Positions 1 through 9,335 of a DNA stretch of 64,000 nucleotides are shown piece by piece (positions within the stretch are counted from its first letter, which is position 1; every line of letters starts with the position of its first letter). The position numbers and the translations under genes are program-made. Source of the stretch: an uncultured Candidatus Rokubacteria bacterium (GTDB taxonomy: Bacteria > Methylomirabilota > Methylomirabilia > Rokubacteriales > CSP1-6); contig CAVWWD010000006.1 of the NCBI GenBank assembly GCA_963758635.1, positions 360,180-424,179 of the forward strand, read 5' to 3'. The notes beneath the pieces are model-generated. The model ran no database searches. It saw nothing but the letters and a program-made list of their open reading frames with translations, and was not told the DNA's origin.

Positions 1-1185
1 CGGGCGCTGAACCACGCCGAGTTCCGGCGCTTCTACGCGAGCCAGCTCGTCGCGCAGATCGGGGGCTGGGTGCAGACGGTGGCGCAGTCCTGGCTGGTGC
101 TGTCGCTCACCGGCTCCCCGCTGCGCCTCGGCCTGATCGGCACGCTCCAGTTCGCGCCGGTGCTGTTCCTGTCCATCCCCGCCGGCGCCATCGTGGACCG
201 GCTGCCGAAGCGGCGCGTGCTCCTCGTCACCCAGGCCACCTACGCCACCCAGGCCGTCGGCCTCTGCGTGCTGGTGGCGACCGGCGTGGTCGAGTACTGG
301 CACGTGTGCGCCCTCGGCCTCGTGGTCGGCATCACCAGCGCGTTCGACCAGCCCGCGCGCCAGGCCTTCGTCCTCGACCTGGTCGGCCGCGACGACCTCG
401 GCAACGCCGTGGCCCTCAACTCCGCCGCCTTCAACGCCGCGCGCATCGTGGGTCCGGCGGCGGCCGGCCTCCTGATCGGCCGCTTCGGCCTCGCGCCCGC
501 GTTCGCGGTGAACGCGGTGGGCTTCGCCGCCGTCATCGGCGCGCTGCTCGTCCTGCGCGACACGAGCCGCCCCGTGCCGCGCGGGAGCGCGAGCATCGTG
601 GAGGAGATCGCCGAGGGGCTCGTCTACGCGGCCCGGACGCCGCTCGTGGTGCTGGTGCTGTCCCTCGTCACGGTGGTGAGCCTCTTCGTCTTCAACTTCA
701 CCGTGTACGTGCCACTCCTCGCGCGGACCGTGCTCGGGCTGGGCGCGGAGGGCTTCGGCTTCCTCATGGCGTGGCTCGGCGTGGGCGCGGTGACGGGCGC
801 CTTCACGGTGGGCGCGGCGCGCCCGCTCCCGCCCGCCGCCCTCTTCACCGCCGCGGCAGTGGCGCTGGGCGCCCTCGTCGGCCTGTCGGCGGCGCGGCAC
901 TTCTGGGTGGCCGCGCCGCTCCTCGCCGTCACCGGGTTCGCCGGCATCATCCTGATGGCGGGGTGCAACACGCGGCTGCAGCTCGAGGCGCCGCCGGCCT
1001 TGAGGGCGCGGCTGATGGGCATCTACGTCCTGTTCACGGGCGGCGTGTTCCCCATCGGCGCCTTCCTGGTCGGCGCCGTGTCGGAGCGCTGGGGCGTCTC
1101 CACCGCCTTCCTCGCGAACGGCGCCGCCGGCCTCGTGGCCCTCGGCGCCATCCGCCTCTGGTGGCGGCGCCACCGTCGCCCGTGA
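1..1185 (+). CDS. MFS transporter (5' end outside window)
   Basis: Frame open from base 1 (RALNHAEFRRFYASQLVAQIGGWVQTVAQSWLV); motif A-like GAIVDRLPKRR; many hydrophobic segments. Confidence 0.9.
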   Translation, partial: RALNHAEFRRFYASQLVAQIGGWVQTVAQSWLVLSLTGSPLRLGLIGTLQFAPVLFLSIPAGAIVDRLPKRRVLLVTQATYATQAVGLCVLVATGVVEYWHVCALGLVVGITSAFDQPARQAFVLDLVGRDDLGNAVALNSAAFNAARIVGPAAAGLLIGRFGLAPAFAVNAVGFAAVIGALLVLRDTSRPVPRGSASIVEEIAEGLVYAARTPLVVLVLSLVTVVSLFVFNFTVYVPLLARTVLGLGAEGFGFLMAWLGVGAVTGAFTVGAARPLPPAALFTAAAVALGALVGLSAARHFWVAAPLLAVTGFAGIILMAGCNTRLQLEAPPALRARLMGIYVLFTGGVFPIGAFLVGAVSERWGVSTAFLANGAAGLVALGAIRLWWRRHRRP

Positions 1186-1251
1186 ACGTCGTGCCTCGCC
1201 GCTGGCCCGCCACGGCTCTCGGCCGGCGGGCGCTGAACCTCCTTTCGCCGG

Positions 1252-1280
1252 TTGACAGCGGGGGCGCGGGTCCCTAGCAT
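1252..1280 (+). promoter_or_regulatory. sigma70-type promoter for dctP
   Basis: TTGACA (1252-1257), 17 nt spacer, TAGCAT (1275-1280); GAGGAGG RBS before ATG 1401. Confidence 0.6.
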
Positions 1281-1400
1281 CCCGCTCAGGCCGGCCGGGA
1301 GTGGCCGCGCGCGCCGCCGCGGCTCCTGTGCGCTGGAGGGCGCCGGCTCTCGATCGCGTCGACGTTGGCTATGCCCATCACCATTTGAGGAGGAGCGTTC

Positions 1401-2511
1401 ATGCACATCACCGCGTTCACGAGAGCCGTTCTGGTCGCGGCGGCCGCCACCGTGGCGTTCGCCGGCCCGGCGCTCGCCCAGCAGCAGCCGCGGGTGCTCA
1501 AGATGCAGTCGGCGGTTCCGCCGTCGTCGACGACGCAGGACGCCTTCAGGTTCTTCGCCGACCGGGTCGACAAGCTGACCGGCGGCCAGCTCAAGATCGA
1601 CGCCTTGCCGGGTGGGGCGATCGTGCCGCCCTTCGAGATCCTCGACGCGACCCACAAGAAGGTGATCGACGGGGCCTATGGCATCTCCTACTGGTGGTTC
1701 GGCAAGAACAAGGCGGCGACGCTGTTCGCCAACACGCCGGCCGGCATCGCCGGCATGGATGCCATCGACTTCATCGGCTGGCTCTACGACGGCGGCGGCA
1801 TCGAGCTCTGGAACGAGTTCTATCAGAAGGAGCTCAAGATGAACCTGGTCGCGATGCCGAGCATCCCGCCGAGCCCGCAGGCGCTCGGCTGGTTCAAGCG
1901 TCCGATCAAGGACCTCGCCGACTTCCAGGGCATGAAGTGCCGCCAGACCGGCATCGTGGCCGAGCTCTACTCGAAGATGGGCATGGCCGTGGTCAACCTG
2001 CCGGGCGGCGAGATCCTGCCCGCCGCCGAGCGCGGCACCATCGACTGCGCCGAATGGGTCGGCGGCGTCGAGGACCTTCGCCTCGGCCTGCACACGGTGT
2101 GGAAGTACCACTACACGCCGGGCATGCACGAGAGCGCCTCGGTGGCCGAGCTCGCCATCAACAAGGACGTTCTGGGACAGCCTGACGGCCCAGCAGCGGG
2201 AGGCGATCCGGTCGGCCTCGGCGGAGACGTTCCTGCGCTGGTGGGCGACGTGGCAGAAGATGAACGCGGAGGCCATCGCCGAGTTCGTGGAGAAGCACAA
2301 CGTCAAGCTCCTCACCACGCCGCCGGAGATCAACCGAGCGTTCCTCAAGACGTGGGACGAGTTCGCCGCGGCGGAATCGGCCAAGAACCCGTTCTTCAAG
2401 AAGGTCTACGATTCGCAGCGGGCCTACGCCAAGAAGGTGGTGCCGGCCAAGCGCTTCATGTTCCCGCCCTACGCCCTCCAGGCGGACCACTACTACCCCC
2501 TCCCCAAGTAG
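1401..2511 (+). CDS. dctP: TRAP transporter solute-binding protein DctP (frameshift near 2171)
   Basis: Signal peptide; LPGGEILPAAERGTIDCAEW; C-terminus continues in ORF 2260-2511 after an extra base at NKDV(W). Confidence 0.88.
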
Positions 2512-2546
2512 CCGCGCGGATCCGGGCGGGCAGGGTCGGGACGGCG

Positions 2547-2578
2547 GGAAGGGCGGCTTCGGCCGCCCTTCTCTTTTC
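2547..2578. terminator. Intrinsic terminator hairpin between convergent dctP and dctM
   Basis: AAGGGCGGC-TTCG-GCCGCCCTT followed by CTCTTTT. Confidence 0.7.
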
Positions 2579-2597
2579 GTCGGGGAGGATGCGCCGC

Positions 2598-4133
2598 CTA
2601 TCGCACGGCGTGCGGCAGCCAGAGGGCGATCTGCGGGAAGAGCAGCAGCAAGGCGAGGACGATGACCTGGATCACCATGTAGTCGGCCATGCCCTTGAAG
2701 ATGATGCTCAGGTTCCATTCCGGCACCACGTTGCGCAGGTAGTAGGCCGACATGGCGACGGGGGGCTCGAAGTAGGCCGTCTGCATGTTGACGGCGGTCA
2801 GGGCGCCGACCCAGATCAGCAGGTCCAGCTTGCTCAGGCCGAACTGGAGCTTCTCGATCACCGGCATGACGATCGGCAGGAAGACCAGGATGATCACGGG
2901 CCACTCGAACGGCCATCCCAGGATGAAGAAGATCGCCATGATGAGGGTCAGCTTCCAGAAGTCTCCCATGGGGAGCCCGAGCAGCGACTGCGTGATCACG
3001 TTCGCCGAGCCGAGCTTGGTGAAGACGGCGCCGAACACGTTGGACGCCATGGCCAGGAACACGACCATCGCCACCGTGACCATCGTGCCCATGGCCGCGT
3101 TGGTGGCCGCCTTGAGGTCGAGCCGGCCGTAGACCAGGGCGAGCAGGGTGGCGCCGAACGCGCCGCACGACGCGGCCTCGGTGGGCGTCGCGAGCCCGCC
3201 CACGATGGTCCCGAGCGTGAACCCGATCAGCGCGGCCAGCGGCGCGATGCCCAGCACGATGGCGCGGAAGTAGGGGCTGCGGACGTAGGGATACGCCGTG
3301 GCCATCGCCGGCACGAGCGCCGCGCCCGACACGGCCAGCGGACCGACGCCGACGGCGAGCGCCGGCACGCCCAGCCGGCCGAAGGCCGCGTCCGCCACGA
3401 AATAGACCATCACCATCAAGCAGACGAGGCCCAGCCCCACCACGGGAGCGCCGACCCGTTCCGTCGTCATGGCGTCGTAGGCGGCCTTGCGCTCGTCCAT
3501 GGTCATGGCGGGCCCGAGCGCCGGGTTGATGAAGCTGCGGACCAGCGTGTAGATGATGTAGCTGCCGGCGAGCAGGAAGCCGGGACCGAACGATGCCGAG
3601 TAGAGCAGGTTGACGGGCACGCCCATGACCGGGCCCATCACGACCAGCATGATGCTGGGCGGAATCAGGATGCCGAGCGTGCCGCCGGCGGCGATCGCGC
3701 CCGCCGACAGGCGCGCGTCATAGCGGCTCTTGAGCATCATCGGGGCGGCCATGATGCCCAGCACCGTCACCGCCGCGCCGACGATGCCGGTGGCCATGGC
3801 GAAGATGGTGGCGGTCAGGATCACCGCCAGGTAGAGAGCGCCGCGCACCGGGGCGAGCAGGCTCCGGAGCGCTCCGAACAGCCGCTCCATGAGCCCGGCC
3901 TGCTCGGTCATGAAGCCCATGAAGATGAAGAGCGGCACGGCAGGAAAGATCTCGTCCTTCATCGTGCCCCAGATCTGGAGATAGGCGAGGTTGAACGTCT
4001 GCTCCCAGCCCAGTCCGAAGCCGCCGACGATGAGGGCGAGAAACAGCAGCGTGAAGGAGATCGGGAACCCGATGAAGATGATCCCGACCATGCTGACGAG
4101 CATCACGAATCCGAGGGTCTCGGCGCCGGTCAT
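2598..4133 (-). CDS. dctM: TRAP transporter large permease DctM
   Basis: AVPLFIFMG, GAIAAGGTLGILIPPSI, ATPTEAA motifs; start MTGAETLG at 4133. Confidence 0.92.
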   Translation of the reverse strand: MTGAETLGFVMLVSMVGIIFIGFPISFTLLFLALIVGGFGLGWEQTFNLAYLQIWGTMKDEIFPAVPLFIFMGFMTEQAGLMERLFGALRSLLAPVRGALYLAVILTATIFAMATGIVGAAVTVLGIMAAPMMLKSRYDARLSAGAIAAGGTLGILIPPSIMLVVMGPVMGVPVNLLYSASFGPGFLLAGSYIIYTLVRSFINPALGPAMTMDERKAAYDAMTTERVGAPVVGLGLVCLMVMVYFVADAAFGRLGVPALAVGVGPLAVSGAALVPAMATAYPYVRSPYFRAIVLGIAPLAALIGFTLGTIVGGLATPTEAASCGAFGATLLALVYGRLDLKAATNAAMGTMVTVAMVVFLAMASNVFGAVFTKLGSANVITQSLLGLPMGDFWKLTLIMAIFFILGWPFEWPVIILVFLPIVMPVIEKLQFGLSKLDLLIWVGALTAVNMQTAYFEPPVAMSAYYLRNVVPEWNLSIIFKGMADYMVIQVIVLALLLLFPQIALWLPHAVR

Positions 4134-4138
4134 GTCCC

Positions 4139-4738
4139 TCAGACCTCGATCTTCTCGTGCTTGACCAAGAACTCGCCGACGCGCCACGCCCAGAGGCTCT
4201 TCATGAGCTCGGAGATGGCCTGCAGGAACAGCATGAAGGCGGTCAGCGGAATGACTCCGCGCAGCGGCCACAGGATCGGCGTCCAGGCGCCGGAGCTGGA
4301 GCGCTCGTCGATCGAGAACGCGTGGAAGAAGTCGTCGATCGAGATGAAGAACAGCACCGCCATGGTCGGCAGGAAGCACAGCAGGAGGGCCAGGCTGTCG
4401 ATCATGCCCTTCGTCCGGTCCGAGAACTTCTCCCACAGCATGTCGGTGCGCACGTGGGCGCCCTTGAGCAGCGCCAGCGCCGACCCCAGCATGAAGAGGG
4501 TCCCGTAGGACATGGTCGTGACGTCGAGGGCCCAGATGGTCGGAGACTTGAGCACGTAGCGGGCGAAGACTTCGACGACATTGGCGAAGACCAGCGGAAT
4601 GATCACGAGCACGAACAGGTAGCCGGTCACCTCGGTGAACTTGTCGATCGTGCGAATGACGGCCAGGTAGCCGCGGGAGGGCAGGCGCTTGGGGGCGGAG
4701 GGGCCGGTCATCGCGGTCGCAATGCTCTTTCCGGACAC
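4139..4738 (-). CDS. dctQ: TRAP transporter small permease DctQ
   Basis: 4 TM; EVFARYVLKSPTIWALD, GAHVRTD; start may be 4711. Confidence 0.9.
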   Translation of the reverse strand: MSGKSIATAMTGPSAPKRLPSRGYLAVIRTIDKFTEVTGYLFVLVIIPLVFANVVEVFARYVLKSPTIWALDVTTMSYGTLFMLGSALALLKGAHVRTDMLWEKFSDRTKGMIDSLALLLCFLPTMAVLFFISIDDFFHAFSIDERSSSGAWTPILWPLRGVIPLTAFMLFLQAISELMKSLWAWRVGEFLVKHEKIEV

Positions 4739-4808
4739 ATCAGGGGCGATCCATCGAGCCCCCGCGCGTGCCCCGCCAGGAACGGCGGTGAGGCGTGCAC
4801 AGCCCTAG

Positions 4809-4886
4809 TGACCCTCGCAGAGTACGGGAACGCCACGGGCCTCTACAGTCCCGCCGCTCGGGCATTGGTCTGATGCGCGAGGCTCA
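4809..4886 (+). repeat. Intergenic repeat family C, copy 1
   Basis: Aligns to 63852-63931, including exact CGCCACGGGCCTCTACA and CGAGGCTCAC. Confidence 0.8.
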
Positions 4887-4965
4887 CCAGTCGGCTGCCG
4901 AAGCGTCGCGGCATTCTACGTGGGGGTCCCCCTCCTTGTCCATCCATGGCGCGCCGCCGTGCCCG

Positions 4966-6375
4966 TCACTCCAGGCGCGGACGCTGGCGCGACCAGGGGC
5001 GGGCTTCCTCGAAGGCGGCGGCGGCCTGGAGGACGGTGAGGTCGGCGAAGCGGCGACCCACGATCTGAAGGCCGACGGGCAAGCCCGCCGCGGTGAAGCC
5101 GGCGGGCACCGAGGCCGCGGGCTGGCCCGTGAAGTTGAACGGGTAGCTGAACGAGGCCCACGGGATCCAGTCCCAGACGTGCTGGGGCCAGTGCTCGGGG
5201 TTCAAGCGGCCGACGGGGAACGCGGCGACGGAGAGCGACGGCGTGAGCAGCAGCGAGTAGGTCTCGAAGAGCGGGCGCACGGAGTCCCACAGCGCGATCT
5301 TCCTGGCCTTCATCTGGATGTAGCCCTCGAGCGTCACGCGATACCCGTCCTCGATGCAGGCCACGAGGCCGGGGTCCATGCGGTCGCGCCACTGCCCGAG
5401 GTACGGGCCGTAGTTGCCGGCCTCGTGGGCGGACCAGAGGCAGCGGATCATCTCGTGCGTGTCGGCGAAGCCGGGCTTCACCTCCTCCACGACGGCGCCC
5501 AGGTCGCCGAAGACGCGCGCGGCCCGCGCCGCGATCTCCGCCACCTCGGGGTCGACCCGCAGGCCGTCCATGTCGGGGCTCCACGCCACCCGCATGCCCG
5601 AGAGCGACGTCCGGAGGCGGCCCACGTAGTCCGCGGGCGCGCCCTCCAGCGACGTGCGGTCGCGCTCGTCCGGGCCCGCCATCACCGACAGCATCAGCGC
5701 CGCGTCCGCCACCGTCCGGGTCATGGGGCCGTTGTGGGTGGTCTGGTCGTTGTTGGACACCGGCCACTGCGGCACCCGTCCATACGACGGCTTGAGGCCG
5801 AACACGCCGCAGAACGCCGAGGGAATCCGGATGGAGCCCGCGCCGTCCGAGCCCTGGTGCAAGGGCCCGAGCCCGGCGGCGGCCGCCGCCCCCGCGCCCG
5901 CGCTCGACCCGCCGGTCGTCATCGCCGGGTTCCACGGGTTCCGCGTGACGCCGGTCACCGGGCTGTCGCCGATCCCCTTCCAGCCGAACTCCGGCGTGGT
6001 GGTCTTGCCAAGGAAGATCCCGCCCGCGGCGGCCAGGCGCGGCACGAAGGCGGCGTCCGCGTCGGGCACCCGGTCGGCGAAGATGAGCGAGCCGCCCATC
6101 GTGCGCACCCCGCGCGTGAACGTGAGGTCCTTGAGGGAGTACGGGATGCCGTGGATCGGCCCGAGCGGACGCCCCGCCATCACGTCGGCCTCCGCCGCGC
6201 GCGCCTGGGCCATGGCGGCCTCCGCGGTGAGCGTGCAGAAGGCGTTCACCCGCGGGTTGAGCCGCTCGATGCGCTCGAGCACCGCGCGCGTCAGCTCGAC
6301 GGGCGAGAGCGACCGCGCGCGGATCATGGCGGCGAGCTCGGTGGCCGGCGTGTAGCAGAGATCGGTGGCGTCCAT
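4966..6375 (-). CDS. Amidase signature family enzyme
   Basis: GIPYSLKD, GGSSAG, GSDGAGSIRIPS catalytic motifs. Confidence 0.93.
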   Translation of the reverse strand: MDATDLCYTPATELAAMIRARSLSPVELTRAVLERIERLNPRVNAFCTLTAEAAMAQARAAEADVMAGRPLGPIHGIPYSLKDLTFTRGVRTMGGSLIFADRVPDADAAFVPRLAAAGGIFLGKTTTPEFGWKGIGDSPVTGVTRNPWNPAMTTGGSSAGAGAAAAAGLGPLHQGSDGAGSIRIPSAFCGVFGLKPSYGRVPQWPVSNNDQTTHNGPMTRTVADAALMLSVMAGPDERDRTSLEGAPADYVGRLRTSLSGMRVAWSPDMDGLRVDPEVAEIAARAARVFGDLGAVVEEVKPGFADTHEMIRCLWSAHEAGNYGPYLGQWRDRMDPGLVACIEDGYRVTLEGYIQMKARKIALWDSVRPLFETYSLLLTPSLSVAAFPVGRLNPEHWPQHVWDWIPWASFSYPFNFTGQPAASVPAGFTAAGLPVGLQIVGRRFADLTVLQAAAAFEEARPWSRQRPRLE

Positions 6376-6393
6376 GTCGTCCCTCCGGTCACG

Positions 6394-6470
6394 TTGTGAA
6401 GACATGCGGATCTTGACGTCGGCGAGCGGGCCAACACCGCGATTCTGCGTACACGCGGAGTGCGTCTCCC
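6394..6470 (-). repeat. Intergenic repeat family B, copy 1
   Basis: ACGCAGAATCGCGGTGTTGGCCCGCTCGCCGACGTCAAGATCCGCAT closely matched at about 37106 and 55770. Confidence 0.85.
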
Positions 6471-6490
6471 ATTCATGAATCCGGTAGGGG

Positions 6491-7747
6491 TCAGGGGCTC
6501 GGGGCCGGAGCGGCGGGCGTCCGCACGTGCTCGGGGCGGACGCCCATGCCGACCAGCCGGCCCGGGATGCGGCGAAGGATGGCGCAGCGGCCGAGCAGAC
6601 GCAACGCGCGCGGCGGCGTGACGGGCCCGCGGCTCGCCAGCGTGCGGGAGATCACCGCGCGCTGCATGAAGAGCTGCAGGCGCTGGGTCACGCGCGTCGG
6701 CCACTCGCGGCGCCGCTGCACGCGCTCGAGGTCCTCCGGGGCGAGCCGGCCCTCCCGGAGCGGCCCGGCCAGGAGGTTGGCCGCGGCCACCGCGTCCTGG
6801 ATGGCGAGGTTGATGCCGACGCCGCCCACCGGCGACATGGCGTGCGCGGCGTCGCCGATGCAGAGGAGCCCGGGCCGGCTCCATCGCGTCAGCCGGTCCA
6901 CGCGCACGGTCAGGAGCTTCACGTCGTCCCAGCTCGCGATCTCCGCCCCGACGCGGTCGGCGGCGAACGGCGCCAGCTCGACGACGCTGTCGCGGAAGGC
7001 GTCGAGGCCGCGGCCGCGGATCTCATCGAGCGTGCCCTTGGGGATCACGTAGCCGCACTGCCAGTGCTCGCCGCGGTTCAGGAGGACGAAGATCCGCCCC
7101 ACGTCGAACCGGCCCATGCTGGCGACGGGATCGTCGGCGCGCCGCGACAGGCGGAACCACAGCACGTCCATGGGCGCGCCGAACTCCTCCACGGGCAGGC
7201 CGGCCCGCGCGCGCAGCACCGAGGACCGGCCGTCGGCGGCCACCACGAGGTCGGCGCGCACCTCGAGCTCTCCCTCCGGCGTCCGGGCTCGCACCCCGAC
7301 GACGCGGCCCGACGCCTCGACGAGGTCGGTCGCCTCCGCGCGCATGCGCAGGGAGAAGCCGGGGAACCGGCGGGCGCGCTCGGCGAGGAAGTTCAGGAAG
7401 TCCCACTGCGGCATGAACGCGATGAACCGGGCGCGCGTGGGCAGGCGCGAGAAGTCGGCGATCGGGATCATGAGCGCTCCGACCTGCGCGACGAGCTGCG
7501 GCACCTTCTGGTGGGGCAGGGCGAGGAACTCCTCGAGCAGGCCGAGCTCGTGCATGACCTCGAGCGTGGACGGGTGGATGGTGTCCCCGCGGAAGTCCCG
7601 GAGGAAGTCCGCGTGCTTCTCCAGCACCTCCACGCGGACGCCCGCGCGCGCGAGGAGGAGCCCCAGCATCATCCCCGCGGGGCCGCCGCCAGCGATGCAG
7701 CACGCCACGCGCGCGCCGGGCTCTCGCCCCTCGACGGCGGCCGTCAC
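6491..7747 (-). CDS. FAD-dependent monooxygenase/oxidoreductase (UbiH/FAD_binding_3-like)
   Basis: GGGPAG, VAADGRSS, GDAAHAMSPVGGVGINLAIQD. Confidence 0.92.
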   Translation of the reverse strand: MTAAVEGREPGARVACCIAGGGPAGMMLGLLLARAGVRVEVLEKHADFLRDFRGDTIHPSTLEVMHELGLLEEFLALPHQKVPQLVAQVGALMIPIADFSRLPTRARFIAFMPQWDFLNFLAERARRFPGFSLRMRAEATDLVEASGRVVGVRARTPEGELEVRADLVVAADGRSSVLRARAGLPVEEFGAPMDVLWFRLSRRADDPVASMGRFDVGRIFVLLNRGEHWQCGYVIPKGTLDEIRGRGLDAFRDSVVELAPFAADRVGAEIASWDDVKLLTVRVDRLTRWSRPGLLCIGDAAHAMSPVGGVGINLAIQDAVAAANLLAGPLREGRLAPEDLERVQRRREWPTRVTQRLQLFMQRAVISRTLASRGPVTPPRALRLLGRCAILRRIPGRLVGMGVRPEHVRTPAAPAPSP

Positions 7748-7766
7748 CGGATGCCCGCGGCCGCGG

Positions 7767-8420
7767 TCAGGCGCCGGATCCGAGGCGGCTCGCCACGTAG
7801 TCGCCGATCCGGTTGAAGTCCCGCGGCTGCAGGTTCACGAACATCAGCACCGCGTCGTCGCCGTTCATCTCCCACACCACGCTGGGGACGACGAGCGGCG
7901 GCCGCCCGGCCTCGAGGGGCAGGCGGAAGTCGAGGCGCTCGCCGGGGCCGAGCGGCAGCGACGAACGGATGCGCGCGCCGAACGCCGACAGGTCGCGGGT
8001 CTCGGCGGCGACGGGGCCCTCGCGCGGACGCCGCACCTCCACGGGGAGCGCGATGCGGAGCCGGGGCGCGCGCCGCCGCGCCTCCCCCGTTCGCAGGTGA
8101 TTCGTCAGCCAGCGGGCGGCCGACTCGGGCAAGGAGGCGAACGTGAAGGCGACGCCGTCCAGCCCGGCGCGCACGACGGTGCCGTGGATGCGTAGGAGCT
8201 CGACGTGTCCGTCCACGTCGGGGAACGACAGCGTGAGCGTGCCGCCGAGGCCAGGCGTGATCGTCGCGGGCGCGCGCCCCTCGTCGGGACGCAGGCGCGC
8301 GCTCACCACCGACAGGTCGACGATCCGGCCGTCGAGTGTGACCCCCGGCGTCTCGAAGCGGGCGGACCAGTCGGCCCGGATCCGCTCGCTGCCCCGCCGG
8401 TCCTGGCGATCCGCGCTCAT
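7767..8420 (-). CDS. Tandem PilZ-domain protein
   Basis: Two RxxxR...DxSxxG-like motifs (RRGSERI...DLSVVSA; RRRAPR...DLSAFGA). Confidence 0.8.
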   Translation of the reverse strand: MSADRQDRRGSERIRADWSARFETPGVTLDGRIVDLSVVSARLRPDEGRAPATITPGLGGTLTLSFPDVDGHVELLRIHGTVVRAGLDGVAFTFASLPESAARWLTNHLRTGEARRRAPRLRIALPVEVRRPREGPVAAETRDLSAFGARIRSSLPLGPGERLDFRLPLEAGRPPLVVPSVVWEMNGDDAVLMFVNLQPRDFNRIGDYVASRLGSGA

Positions 8421-8518
8421 CCCGCCTCCGTCCTCCGTGGCCCGCCCACCCTTGACCGTCTCCGCCCCGGAGCATACGATCCCCGGAAGCGAATCCGGTC
8501 GGATCGGGCCCAGGGAAG

Positions 8519-9331
8519 ATGGCGGGCCGGTCGAGGAACGCCTTGAGTCTGCCAGAACCCGCTCACCCGACGCCAGTGTCTGCCTCGACGCCTGCGGGCG
8601 GCGGCGCTCCCGCTCGCCCGGACGCGCCGCTCCGGATCCTCCTCGCCGAGGACTCCGAGGACAACCGTCTCCTCGTCCGGTCGATCCTGCGCGATCACGT
8701 CCTGGACGAGGCCGCGGACGGCGAGAGCGCGGTGGGGAAATTCACGAGCGGGCGCTACGACATCGTCCTGATGGACGTGCAGATGCCAGTGCTCGACGGC
8801 TACGCGGCCACCGAGGCGATGCGGGCGTGGGAGCGCGCGCAGGGGCGGCCACCCACCCCGATCCTCGCCTTCACCGCTCACGCCCTGCCCGACGAGATCC
8901 AGCGGAGCTTCGACGCGGGCTGCAACGACCACCTGACGAAGCCCATCCGCCGGGCCGCGCTCCTCGCCGCGATCGATCGGCACGTGCCTGGCCGCGCCGC
9001 GTCCGCCGGCCCGCCCGCGGGCCGGGCGGTGCGCCTCATCCTGGACGAGGCGCTCCGCGACCTCGCGCCCGGGTACCTGGACAACCGGCGGCGCGATCTC
9101 GCGCCCCTGGCCGCGGCGCTCGCCTCCGGCGACTGGGAGACGCTCCGCGTGCGCGGCCACAACATGAAGGGCACGGGCGCCGGCTACGGCTTCGACGCCA
9201 TCACCGCGATCGGCGCCGCCCTCGAGGCCGCGGCCCGGGACCGGGACGGCGCGCGGGCACGCGAGCAGGTGGACGCGCTCGGCCGCTTCCTGGGATCGGT
9301 CGTGCTCGAGTTCCGGCCGGGAGCGGCCTGA
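8519..9331 (+). CDS. Response regulator receiver plus HPt domain protein
   Basis: LLAEDS, LMDVQMPVLDG, LTKP; C-terminal GHNMKGTG HPt motif. Confidence 0.87.
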   Translation: MAGRSRNALSLPEPAHPTPVSASTPAGGGAPARPDAPLRILLAEDSEDNRLLVRSILRDHVLDEAADGESAVGKFTSGRYDIVLMDVQMPVLDGYAATEAMRAWERAQGRPPTPILAFTAHALPDEIQRSFDAGCNDHLTKPIRRAALLAAIDRHVPGRAASAGPPAGRAVRLILDEALRDLAPGYLDNRRRDLAPLAAALASGDWETLRVRGHNMKGTGAGYGFDAITAIGAALEAAARDRDGARAREQVDALGRFLGSVVLEFRPGAA

Positions 9332-9335
9332 CCCC

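Noticed and set aside
1401..4508. 1035-aa ORF as a giant fusion protein
   Set aside because: It is dctP running off-frame into the antisense of dctM; likewise 14294-18118, 29280-32789 and 9416-11689 are frame artefacts
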